From Alphaproteobacteria bacterium (GTDB taxonomy: Bacteria; Pseudomonadota; Alphaproteobacteria; GCA-2731375), in assembly GCA_965225945.1 (NCBI GenBank), contig CBDDBZ010000038.1, forward strand, positions 320,001-384,000: 64,000 nt of DNA. Reading direction: 5' to 3'. The translations under genes and the position numbers were made by a program. Under the pieces are notes generated by a model. The model was not told where the DNA came from, made no database searches, and saw only the letters and a program-made list of their open reading frames with translations. Every line of letters begins with the position of its first letter. Position 1 is the stretch's first letter. This document shows, in pieces, positions 55,149-64,000 of the stretch.

Positions 55149-55582
55149 GCCCCCGGGCCCGACGTCCGCTGCGTCTGGTGGCGCCCCCGGCGCCGGGCGA
55201 CCGGCTTTGTCGCCTCGACGATCTCGATCCCCAGAACGGCACCCTCGGCCTCGAATGGTTTGAGGGGGACGGTCCGCGTCGCCTGGTGCTGGCGCGCCGG
55301 GGCGAGGCGGTCCACGCCTACGTGAACGAATGTCCCCATGCACTGGCGCGACTCGATACGCCGCCCGGCAACTTCCTGAGCGCGGACGGCCGGACCTTCC
55401 GCTGCAACTTCCACGGCGCCCGCTTCACCATTCGGGACGGACGCTGTTTCGCCGGTCCCTGTGTCGGCCAGTCGTTGCGCGCGGTGCCGATCCGGGTGGC
55501 GGCGGGAGAAGTGCGCCTGGCCGAGCCGGCGCGCCCGGCCCTTCGCGGCCGCCATCCCCGGAGGCGCCGCGCCACCGGGTGA
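55145..55582 (+). CDS. Rieske (2Fe-2S) ferredoxin
   Basis: CPH...CNFHGARF...GPC. Confidence 0.85.
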   Translation: MSPRARRPLRLVAPPAPGDRLCRLDDLDPQNGTLGLEWFEGDGPRRLVLARRGEAVHAYVNECPHALARLDTPPGNFLSADGRTFRCNFHGARFTIRDGRCFAGPCVGQSLRAVPIRVAAGEVRLAEPARPALRGRHPRRRRATG

Positions 55583-55620
55583 GGCCGCCGGAACCGCAGC
55601 CCTCGAGCATCGCCTCGCGC

Positions 55621-55684
55621 CTGGAGCAATATCCGAACGGATTGAACCGGTGCGGTTCAATCCGTTTGGAAAAAATTGCTCTAG
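55621..55684. repeat. palindromic element with (T)GGAGC...GCTCTAG ends
   Basis: Perfect stem AACGGATTGAACCG-gtg-CGGTTCAATCCGTT within imperfect outer arms. Confidence 0.8.
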
Positions 55685-55762
55685 GGGCCGGCCGAAACGA
55701 GGTCTTGCCACGCGCGACGATTGCCGGGAGAGCCGGGCGGTCGAGACTTACGTCGATGGGTA

Positions 55763-56083
55763 TCAGTCGTTTCGTCTGGCGAAGAGCCGGCGACCGCTCC
55801 GCCGGCGGAACAGCAACAACAGGAGCGAGGCCAGGACCGCCGGCCCCAGCCAGCCAGGCCACTGCAACACCGTCACCAGCACCGGGTCCCAGAGCGCCGG
55901 GTGGACATTGCGTTGAATGCCGGCCTGCGCGAGATTGAGGCTGTCCACGTCGATCCGGAACCAGAGCTCGCCGAGCGCCACCGGGGTCCAGACGCCGGCT
56001 TCCAACGAGCGCACGATCTCCGCGCCCAGCGCCATGAAGGCGAGGGCGAAGAGGATGCGCCCGAGAACGCGGCCGACGATCAT
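55763..56083 (-). CDS. small conserved membrane protein
   Basis: Two TM segments; LGELW...SLN..QA.IQR...LWDP. Confidence 0.75.
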   Translation of the reverse strand: MIVGRVLGRILFALAFMALGAEIVRSLEAGVWTPVALGELWFRIDVDSLNLAQAGIQRNVHPALWDPVLVTVLQWPGWLGPAVLASLLLLLFRRRSGRRLFARRND

Positions 56084-56662
56084 GCTCCCCCCTCGGGCGG
56101 CATCGCCCCGTTCTCGGCTGGAATTGTCGAAGCATTCATCGCTGTTTTCGCAGGCTATGCGGCCTCCATGCCGGCTTCAAGGGTGGCGTGTTTGCGACGT
56201 TGCAGCGTATGGCATTCCGGCGCCAGCCGGTGGCGGCCCACCGGCCGGGACGGGGCGCCGTCCGTCTCCTTCCGCCTTGTCGACTTCCGGCCTTTCATCT
56301 TTCGGCCACTCGGCGCAGAATAGAATAAGATTATAATGCGCGGGCGCTCGTGTGGCGTCGGGAGAGCCATATGCCCAAAATCGTCTGTCCCCGCTGCGGC
56401 GCCTCGGTCTTCGCGGTCTCGCAAAGATACACGGTGGAACTTCGGGGCAGCAGCGGCATCGCGGCCTGCCCGGTTCTGGCGCCGCTCGGCGAAGACGCCG
56501 AAATCGACGACGTTCTGGAATGCCCGGACATGGAACGCGCGGTCGATGCGACGATCAGCAAGCTCACCGACACGCCGGCCGTCGTAATCTGGCCGCGCGA
56601 CGATGGCGAGCATCGCAATTTCATGCGCTGGGAGCCGTTGAACGGCATCTTGACCTCCGGAC

Positions 56663-57885
56663 CACAGTACACGACTCGTTCATGCTGGCTTTGGCCTGGG
56701 CACCTGGACTGGTGGTTTTCCGGGGACGAGGAAACGAATCAGCTCAATGGCTTGACGCCTGTCGATAGGATTGACGAGCTGTCGCCTTATCCACTCGAAA
56801 CCGTATCGGAAGATGGATTTTGCCATCCTTTTGTGGGTTTTGAGGCGGATCGGCTCGGCCTCGTGGAGCCAATCGCCGACTTTGTGCGCCCAGCAGAAGG
56901 TGATGGAAAGGACGGCGGTGAGCTTGGAGATGCGCTCCGGGTCGGTCATGTGGGTGTCGTCGAGGTTGAAGCCACGGGTTTTCAAGGCGGCGAAGAGGGT
57001 CTTGATTTGCCAGCGCTGGGCGTAGATGGCCAAGGCCTCCTCGGGCGCGTCGTTGGTCACGACGATCAACAGTTCGCCGGTCTTGAGATGGAGCGCGGCG
57101 ACGAAGACGGGCCTGGCCTTGGGTTTTCTGGCCTCCGAGAGGCGCCTGGCGTTGGAGAGGATGCGGCTTTCCCCGGGTTTGAGGTCGCGAAACAGCTCCC
57201 TCGCCTTGACCATGCGACCACGCGTGTTGGCGATCTTGATGTTGGATCGGATGCGGATGTGAAAGGGGATGGCCTTTTCCTGCAACCATGCCAGCCAGGC
57301 GTCGCCGATGAATTCCCGGTCGGCCAGGAGGCTGGCGATCTTGTCGACCCCGAAGAGCCGGAGGACGTGTTCGAGGATCGCGATCCGCTCCTTGGTATTG
57401 GAATTGCCCGCCTTGTCGAGCACCCGCCAGCACACGGGAATGGCGATGGCGCGGTTGACGATGCCGATCATCAAGATGTTGACGTCGCGGCGACCCAGCC
57501 GCCAGTTGGTCCGGTCCATGGTCAGCCGCCACGGCCCCGCCTGGAGCCCCATCATCGCGACCAGGAACTCGGCGAGGCGATCGTAATCGAAATCGACTTG
57601 CTCGAAAAACCGTTGCAGGCGCCGATAGTTGGAGCTGGATCGCGCGCGCCCCGGAAAGTGGCAGGCCAAGTGAGAGAGGTTCACCGTCCGGGCGACGAAC
57701 ACGCCGAAGACCAAGACGCAAAGGCTCTCCAGACGGCTCTTGCGAAAGGCGAAGCCGCATCGTAGCGTCTCACGCAGGGCGTTGATGGGGTTGTCTCGCA
57801 TGATTTCCCTCTTGACTCGTCGTGGAGTGAATCGGGAATCCTACAACCTTTTCAACGTCCTACGTAAATGCCGTCGTGTACCATG
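56663..57885 (-). mobile_element. IS4-family insertion sequence (1223 bp)
   Basis: Ends CA(CA/TG)GTACACGAC; 9-bp direct repeat CCTCCGGAC at 56654-56662 and 57886-57894. Confidence 0.92.
56680..57801 (-). CDS. IS4-family DDE transposase (YREK Glu replaced by Lys)
   Basis: MDRTNW, ADREF and YAQRWQIKTLF..LK motifs. Confidence 0.9.
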   Translation of the reverse strand: MRDNPINALRETLRCGFAFRKSRLESLCVLVFGVFVARTVNLSHLACHFPGRARSSSNYRRLQRFFEQVDFDYDRLAEFLVAMMGLQAGPWRLTMDRTNWRLGRRDVNILMIGIVNRAIAIPVCWRVLDKAGNSNTKERIAILEHVLRLFGVDKIASLLADREFIGDAWLAWLQEKAIPFHIRIRSNIKIANTRGRMVKARELFRDLKPGESRILSNARRLSEARKPKARPVFVAALHLKTGELLIVVTNDAPEEALAIYAQRWQIKTLFAALKTRGFNLDDTHMTDPERISKLTAVLSITFCWAHKVGDWLHEAEPIRLKTHKRMAKSIFRYGFEWIRRQLVNPIDRRQAIELIRFLVPGKPPVQVPRPKPA

Positions 57886-58309
57886 CCTCCGGACATAAAA
57901 GCTATCGTTGCGTGGTGCTGGACATCTCGCCGGGCGGCGCGGCGATCTGGACCCCCTCCTCCGAAGAGGTGCCGGAGGGCGCCGAGGTCCGCTTCGAACC
58001 CACGGGTCACGACACGCTCGAGGCCGAGGTCGTGCGCATGCGTGGCGGCGTCCTCGGCCTGATGTTCCTGATCGACAACGACGCCCGACGCCAGCTCGCG
58101 AAATGGCTGGTCGACTTGCGCCAAGCGCTCGACGAAGGCGCCTGAGGGCGGGCGGCCGAGTCGATCGATCGGGTGGGAGGAGAGGAAGGTCGCCCTTCCT
58201 GTCCCCCCACGCCACCCCGCGTACGGTTCCCTATACGGCGGTCGACGCCCGTGATGGCGTCCTCGGACCGGATGCTTGGCGGGAGACGTGTACGGGACGG
58301 AGACTTCGT

Positions 58310-58996
58310 CTACTTCTCGGCCTTCTTCGCGCCGATCTTCGCCAGCGCCTTCCTCAAATTGTCAGCGCCGGCGTTGGCGTGCTTGCCGTTGACGAGGATG
58401 TCCAGCGGGCCGGCATCCTTGCCGTAATAGGCCTCGTTGTATTCCTCGTTGACGTCGATCACCGCGCCCTCGACGTTGAGCCCGCCATAAAGGCCCTTGG
58501 TCCGCGAATAGGCCAGGATATCGGCGGTCTGCACCTTGGCGCCCTGGCCCACCGGGCCGGCCGCGACGGAGACGTCGGCGCCGAGCTTCATCGAGGAGCT
58601 CAGGAGCGAATCCAGCCCCTTCCTCGTCATCACCAGGAGGATGATCTCCGAGACCTCGCCGCCGATCTGCAGCCCGAAGGTGACCGAGCCCATGGCGTAA
58701 AAGGCAGGCGCGCTCCACGTCTCGCCCTTCGCCCCTCGGGCCGACAACACGCCGGAGCCGCCCGAGGCGCCGAAGATGAAGCCGGCCTTGACCATGGTCG
58801 GCACGATCAGCATGCCCTGGGCGTCGCGGGCGTATTCGCGGAAGGATTCGAGATTGGGATCGGCGGCGAAATTGGTTGCCGTCTTCGTGGCCCCGTCGAC
58901 CAGCTCCTGCTGCTCGGATGCCGACACGCTCGACCCGCCGAAGGCGAGTGAGGCGACCAGGATGGCCGCGGCGACGAATGTTACCGCGCCTGTCAT
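58310..58996 (-). CDS. Ysc84/SYLF lipid-binding domain exported protein
   Basis: Signal peptide; KAGFIFG..GG.G, G.QIG, AAGPVG and GLYGG motifs. Confidence 0.88.
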   Translation of the reverse strand: MTGAVTFVAAAILVASLAFGGSSVSASEQQELVDGATKTATNFAADPNLESFREYARDAQGMLIVPTMVKAGFIFGASGGSGVLSARGAKGETWSAPAFYAMGSVTFGLQIGGEVSEIILLVMTRKGLDSLLSSSMKLGADVSVAAGPVGQGAKVQTADILAYSRTKGLYGGLNVEGAVIDVNEEYNEAYYGKDAGPLDILVNGKHANAGADNLRKALAKIGAKKAEK

Positions 58997-59258
58997 CTCG
59001 AGTTGCCCACGCCCTTCGCCCTTAAGCCATCGCCGAGCGTGCCAGGGCGAGGTCTCCAGACGCCGCCGCGACAGCGAGAGGAGTCTAAGCGCAACATCCC
59101 CCTCCGGCAACGAATCGTTCGGATCGAACGAGTGTTGCCGACCCGCCACAGCCTTATATGCTACCCTACGCTATCGCCAAGGGGCGAGCATCGCTCGGCG
59201 GATCACCTCCAGCGGATTGGCGCTGGCGAGGTGACGACAAGGGCGTGATTGAACCCAG

Positions 59259-59843
59259 ATGTCCGACAATTTCGATGCCCAGCGATCAGACGGCGGAAGT
59301 GGCCGTGGTCAGCGACGCTGGCTCGTCGATATCGAGACGGTGGCCGTCGTCGGCATCCGCTCCGTCGACTGTGCCATTCACGATCTCTCGCCGTCCGGCG
59401 CGCAGATCGAAATTTTGGGCGACGTGCCGGTCCGGATCGGTGACCAAGTGCGGATCGAGATGTTCGAATTCGGTTGGCTCGACACGGTGGCGCGCACCGT
59501 CGAGGGACCGCGTATCGGCGTCCAATTCATGCTCGACGAACAGGACATGGTCGAGCTCGCCCGCTTCATGGTCTCGCTGCGGATCTTCCGGCGCCCACCA
59601 CGACAGGACGTCGCCCGGCAGGCCGAACTGCGGGTCGAGGGCGATGCCCTCACCTGCACGGTCGATAACATCTCGCCGACCGGCGCCAGCGTGACTCTTC
59701 CGGGCGTCCCGGAGTTCGCCGAAGGCGAGAACGTCACCTTGGCCCTGCCGGAACACGAGCCGATCGCCGCCATCGTGCAACGGATCGACGGTTCGATCTG
59801 TGGCCTGATGTTCCTGGTGCGATTCGACGACGACGCGAGCTGA
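59259..59843 (+). CDS. tandem PilZ-domain protein
   Basis: RGQRR/DLSPSGA and RRPPR/NISPTGA. Confidence 0.85.
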   Translation: MSDNFDAQRSDGGSGRGQRRWLVDIETVAVVGIRSVDCAIHDLSPSGAQIEILGDVPVRIGDQVRIEMFEFGWLDTVARTVEGPRIGVQFMLDEQDMVELARFMVSLRIFRRPPRQDVARQAELRVEGDALTCTVDNISPTGASVTLPGVPEFAEGENVTLALPEHEPIAAIVQRIDGSICGLMFLVRFDDDAS

Positions 59844-59864
59844 TCGACGCCGGGCGGGCGAAGT

Positions 59865-60030
59865 CGATCGCGGCGCGCCCGCCCCTGCAAGGGACGACGA
59901 TCACCGCCCCGGCCGACGCTCGGCCGCGAAGCCGGGCGCCGGCATAGGCCCAAGGGTCCTCGAAGCGACGATCCGGAACGCCCCTGTCGGCGATCGGCAG
60001 CCAATGCCACTCGAGGCCCAACGCCGCCAC
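59865..60030 (-). pseudogene. remnant of a dual-specificity (CDKN3-like) phosphatase
   Basis: LEWHWLPIAD..VPD..FE..W and a degenerate V(P)CRGG for HCRGG; no N-terminus. Confidence 0.55.
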
Positions 60031-60106
60031 CGACCGGCCGCGAACGAACGATTCCGACGGGGCCCGCGCTTCGCGGCCCGCCCCTACGGTTTCCAGGAGC
60101 GACGAT

Positions 60107-61261
60107 TCACCCGGCCAGTCCCAACAGCCGCTTGATCCGCGCCCATAGCACCGAGGCCAGCAAGCTCCCGGCGCCGATCTCCTCGACGGGGCCCGTCTCC
60201 GTCCTGCCCGACAACCGATCCTCTAGGTTTCGGGCGAATTGCTCGGTCAGCCGCCCGGCCAGGTCCAGGACCAAGCCCGAGCGCGTGAACTGCGCCACGA
60301 TACCCGTAAGCGTGAAGCCGAGCACCACTTCCACCCGCGTCGCCGCGCCCGCGTCGATATCATCGAGAGCGTAGCGCACCACGCCCCTCACTCGGGAGCC
60401 GGAGCGGTCGTCGCCGCCCTCGCCGGCTATGGAGCCGGTGTAGTCGCCGTCGTCGCGCCGGTGATCCCCCTCGCCCGAAAACGCCGCGCGGATCGGGCCG
60501 AGGTGGACGGCGATGCGGCCCTGGAGGCGACCGTCCGGCGAGACCTGCTCGAGCCGGGCGCCCGGCATGCATCCGGCGACCGCCTCTACATCAGCCATGA
60601 ACGCCCAGACTCGGTCGCGCGGAAATGGCAGCGTGAACTCTTGGCGGATGCGGGTCGCGCCGTCCTCCGGCGGCGCCGGGTCGAGCGTGGGCACGGCGAC
60701 CGCGACAGGCGGCGGCGGGCCGGATACCGCGATCCGAGGCCCATCGCTATCCGCCCACGACGCGGCGCCGGGTATCCCGCCTTGCCCGTCGGCCCGGGAC
60801 GCCAGCACGCGGCGGATCGCCAGGACGATGCCGAGATAGCCGGTGCAGCGGCAGAGGTTGCCCGAAAGCTCCTCGCGCACCCGCCGCTCGTCGGCGTCGG
60901 GCAGGCGGGAGACGATGTCGTGCGCGCTCGCCAGCATGCCGGGCGTGCAGTAGCCGCACTGCAGGGCATGTTCGGCGGTGAAGGCGGCGCGCAATTCCCG
61001 CATCAGCGGGTCGTCGTCGAAGTCCTCGACCGTGCGGACCTCGCGCCCCTCGCAGGCCACGGTGAAGGTCAGGCAGGAACGCACCGGGGCGCCGTCCAGC
61101 ATCACCGTGCAGGCCCCGCAAATGCCGTGCTCGCAACCCAGGTGGGTACCGGTCAGCAACATTTCCTCACGCAGGAAATCCGCCAGATGCGTGCGCGGCT
61201 CGACCGCCGCCGACACCGGCCGGCCATTGACGTTTAGGGCGATGGCTCTTGTCGGCTCCAT
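60107..61261 (-). CDS. (2Fe-2S) CoxS-like domain fused to a CoxG/SRPBCC domain
   Basis: [18 protein letters not shown] and CRCTGY; then VW.F..DV..VA.CMPGA. Confidence 0.9.
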   Translation of the reverse strand: MEPTRAIALNVNGRPVSAAVEPRTHLADFLREEMLLTGTHLGCEHGICGACTVMLDGAPVRSCLTFTVACEGREVRTVEDFDDDPLMRELRAAFTAEHALQCGYCTPGMLASAHDIVSRLPDADERRVREELSGNLCRCTGYLGIVLAIRRVLASRADGQGGIPGAASWADSDGPRIAVSGPPPPVAVAVPTLDPAPPEDGATRIRQEFTLPFPRDRVWAFMADVEAVAGCMPGARLEQVSPDGRLQGRIAVHLGPIRAAFSGEGDHRRDDGDYTGSIAGEGGDDRSGSRVRGVVRYALDDIDAGAATRVEVVLGFTLTGIVAQFTRSGLVLDLAGRLTEQFARNLEDRLSGRTETGPVEEIGAGSLLASVLWARIKRLLGLAG

Positions 61262-61279
61262 CCCAGCTCCGATGCGTCG

Positions 61280-62131
61280 CTAGCCGGCCAGTTGAACGGC
61301 GCGGCGCAGGGCCACCAGATGAATGCGCCGCTCGTAAGCGTCGTGGACCAGGTGCGAGCCGTCGACGATCGCCGCGGCCGCCGTCTCGTCATAGGAATCG
61401 ATCAGCGGGCCGTCCGTGGTCCGGCCGGCGAACAACCGCTCGCCCGCGTCGGCGATGACGATGAGCGGCGCCTCCACCGCCCCGATCACGGCCCGGGCGA
61501 GGTTCCGCTCCGGATCGATCAGCACGGCGCCGATGGCCAGCGCATAGTCGCCGCTCTTGCGGACGATCTTGTAGAAGCCCCAGCGCGCCGCCGCGCTCGG
61601 CCCCGCCACCTCGACGCGGGTGATGATCTCGTCCTCGGCCAGGACGGTCTGGAAGGCGCCGGTCATCAGTCCGTCCACGGCGATGCGGCGCGACCCCGTC
61701 GGCCCCATGGCCTCGACCTCGGCGCCGAGCGCGGCGAGCGCGGAGATCCAGTCGGCCGCCGGGTCGGCGTGGGCGAGGCTGCCGCCGATGGTGCCGCGGT
61801 TGCGCACCGCGCGATAGGCGATACCACGCGCCACCGCAGGGAGCACGCCGCCCGTCGGGTCCGGCACCGCGCCGTCCTCGATCTGCGAATGGGTGATGGC
61901 GGCGCCCAACGAGACACCGTGCTTGCCGCCGCCCGATTCGGTCAAGTCCTCCGCCCGGGAGATGTCGATCAGCAGCTCGGGCGCGGCCAGGCGCAGGTTG
62001 AGCATCGGCCCCAACGACTGGCCGCCCGCCAGCAGCTTGGCGAAGCGCCCCGCGCGACGCGCCTCGGCCAGCAGATCGACCGCATCGCGGGCCGATTTCG
62101 GCTGGACATAGTCGAACCCCGTCGCCTTCAT
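61280..62131 (-). CDS. FAD-binding CoxM-like subunit
   Basis: AGGQSL.PMLNLR and RNRGTIGGSLAHADPAAD motifs. Confidence 0.93.
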   Translation of the reverse strand: MKATGFDYVQPKSARDAVDLLAEARRAGRFAKLLAGGQSLGPMLNLRLAAPELLIDISRAEDLTESGGGKHGVSLGAAITHSQIEDGAVPDPTGGVLPAVARGIAYRAVRNRGTIGGSLAHADPAADWISALAALGAEVEAMGPTGSRRIAVDGLMTGAFQTVLAEDEIITRVEVAGPSAAARWGFYKIVRKSGDYALAIGAVLIDPERNLARAVIGAVEAPLIVIADAGERLFAGRTTDGPLIDSYDETAAAAIVDGSHLVHDAYERRIHLVALRRAVQLAG

Positions 62132-62141
62132 CGCCCGCCTC

Positions 62142-64000
62142 TCACGCGCCCGCCCGCATCAGGGCCTCGACCAGGCGCCGGGGCGTGATCGGAACCTCGG
62201 CGATTTCGACGCCCAGGTCCCGGAGCGCGTCGTTGACGGCATTGGCGATCACCGCCGGTGGTGGAATGGCGCCGCCCTCGCCGATCCCCTTCTGGCCGAA
62301 CGTCGTATAGGGTGACGGCGTCTCCATGTGCTCGATGCGCGGGGCCGGAATCTCGGCGGCGCTCGGCAAAAGATAGTCGGCCAGCGTCGAGGCCAAGGGC
62401 TGGCCCTCGGCGCCGTACGGCATTTCCTCGTAGAGCGCGGTGCCGATGCCCTGCGCCAGGCCGCCGACGATCTGGCCCTCGACGATCATCGGATTGAGCA
62501 GGACGCCGCCGTCCTCCGTGATCACATAGTCGAGAATGTCGATCGCGCCGATGTCGGTATCGACCGCAACCACCGCCGCGTGCGCCGCATAGCTGAAGGT
62601 GCCGCTGTCGCGGACGGGCTTGTAACCGGCGGTGACCTCCAAGCCGCCCGGATCGACGTCCGGCGGCAGATCCTGCGGCTGGCGGTACCAGGTGAAGGCG
62701 ACCTTGTCGAGACTGACCGAGCCGGCCGGCCCCACCACCGCGCCGCCCCGGACCCGGACGTCGGCCAGGTTCGCTTGCAGCAGATGCGCGCCGATCACTT
62801 TGGCGCGCTCGGCCAGCGCCATGCAGGCGGCATGCACCGCGCCGCCGGCCATGACCGCGCAGCGCGAACCCCAGGTCCCGGTCGAATAGGGCGTCACGCC
62901 GGTGTCGCCATGCACGACGTCGACCCGCGCCGGCGCGATGCCCAGCACCTCGTTGGCGACTTGGGCCAGCGTGGTCTCCAGGCCCTGGCCATGGCTATGC
63001 ACGCCGACCCTCAGTTCCAGCGTGCCGTCCGGCGCGAAGCGCGCCTGGCATTGCTCGTGACCGGGCACCATGGGAATGCCCCAGCCGGCATAGACCGAGG
63101 TGCCGTGCGCGGCCTGTTCGCAATAGATCGCGCAGCCGAGTCCGATGCGACGGCCATCCGGCTCGCCCGTCGCCTGACGTTCGCGGACCCGGGCGACGTC
63201 GATCGCCGCCATCGCGCGGCGCAGGCACTCCGGATAGTCGCCGGAATCGAAATGCTTGTTGGTGATGTTGTCGAACGGCATCCGCGCCGCTTCGACCAGG
63301 TTCTCCATCCGCACTTCCCAGGGCTCGCGACCCACTTCGCGGGCAATGGCGTCCAGCGTCAGCTCCATAGCGAAGCAAACGCCGCTCCGCGCGACGCCGC
63401 GATACGGCAGGATGGGTGCCTTATTGGTGGCGACCGCGAAGGTGCGGCAGCGATAGGCCGCGAAATCATAGGGTCCCGGCAGAATCGAGCCGACCTGGGC
63501 GGCCTCCAGGCAGGCCGAGAACGGATAGGCCGAATAGGCCCCGGAATCGACATGGGCCTCGGCATCGAGGCCCAAGAGTTTGCCCCGCGCGTCGGCGTGG
63601 GCGGTGATCCGGTAGTGGTGTTCGCGGCAGTCGGCGTTGGCGGTCAACTGCTCGCGCCGGTCCTCGATCCAGCGGACCGGCCGGCCCCCCCGCATGGCGA
63701 GCCAGGCGACGCAGATCTCCTCCGCCAGCAGGATGCCCTTGTAGCCGAAGCCGCCGCCGACGTCGGGGGCGATGACGCGCAGCCGGCCCTCGTCGATCCC
63801 CAGACATTCGGCGAGCCCTGAGCGCACGATATGCGGCATCTGGCTGGCGGTGTGGACGATCAACTGGCCCAATCGGCCGTCCCACTGGGCGACGACGCCC
63901 CGGCCCTCGATCGGCGCCATGCACTGGCGGGCGGTGCGGTATTCACGCGTGACCGTCACCGCCGCCCGTTTCGCCGCCGGCGCGATATCGCCGTCGACCA
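62142..64000 (-). CDS. xanthine dehydrogenase/CoxL-family molybdopterin subunit (5' end beyond the window)
   Basis: VGGGFGYK, PYRGVAR, HGQGLET and KGIGEGG motifs. Confidence 0.93.
   Translation of the reverse strand, partial: VDGDIAPAAKRAAVTVTREYRTARQCMAPIEGRGVVAQWDGRLGQLIVHTASQMPHIVRSGLAECLGIDEGRLRVIAPDVGGGFGYKGILLAEEICVAWLAMRGGRPVRWIEDRREQLTANADCREHHYRITAHADARGKLLGLDAEAHVDSGAYSAYPFSACLEAAQVGSILPGPYDFAAYRCRTFAVATNKAPILPYRGVARSGVCFAMELTLDAIAREVGREPWEVRMENLVEAARMPFDNITNKHFDSGDYPECLRRAMAAIDVARVRERQATGEPDGRRIGLGCAIYCEQAAHGTSVYAGWGIPMVPGHEQCQARFAPDGTLELRVGVHSHGQGLETTLAQVANEVLGIAPARVDVVHGDTGVTPYSTGTWGSRCAVMAGGAVHAACMALAERAKVIGAHLLQANLADVRVRGGAVVGPAGSVSLDKVAFTWYRQPQDLPPDVDPGGLEVTAGYKPVRDSGTFSYAAHAAVVAVDTDIGAIDILDYVITEDGGVLLNPMIVEGQIVGGLAQGIGTALYEEMPYGAEGQPLASTLADYLLPSAAEIPAPRIEHMETPSPYTTFGQKGIGEGGAIPPPAVIANAVNDALRDLGVEIAEVPITPRRLVEALMRAGA

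Larger units (their letters stand above)
56371..58145 (+). pseudogene. Cys-motif plus PilZ-domain gene split by an IS4-like element
   Basis: Removing the IS and one TSD copy restores ...HRNFMRW...ILTSG-HKSYRCVVLDISPGG... in frame. Confidence 0.85.

Noticed and set aside
56350-57765. 471-aa ORF on the + strand
   Set aside because: It is a chimera of the interrupted gene's 5' half reading into the antisense strand of the transposase
62142-64000. Aerobic CO dehydrogenase (true coxL)
   Set aside because: Lacks the AYxCSFR motif of form I CODH

Overview
High-GC alphaproteobacterial chromosome segment (Rhodospirillales-like, inferred from gcrA, a two-piece permuted tmRNA next to sspB and thyX, the ATP-synthase zeta subunit, mmcB and type-B L36). 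Core blocks (purH; purC-S-Q-L-bolA-grxD; sspB-ssrA-thyX) are interleaved with catabolic genes (ThDP enzyme, amidase/AllA/PuuE-like cluster, two molybdo-hydroxylase operons, SDRs). There are three complete IS elements whose ends and target duplications can be read directly (IS21, IS1182, IS4-like); two of them have damaged transposases and two interrupt host genes. Two families of TA/CTAG-bounded miniature inverted-repeat elements recur across the window, and one may bracket a cargo gene. The least-explained signals are three otherwise intact genes each broken by one in-frame amber codon in a CTAG context, an internally deleted 46-aa GapR, a CysNC with three altered catalytic motifs, a diverged tandem pair of membrane/Zn-ribbon genes, and repeat arrays upstream of gcrA and beside purH. 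All calls come from reading motifs by eye; no database searches were run.
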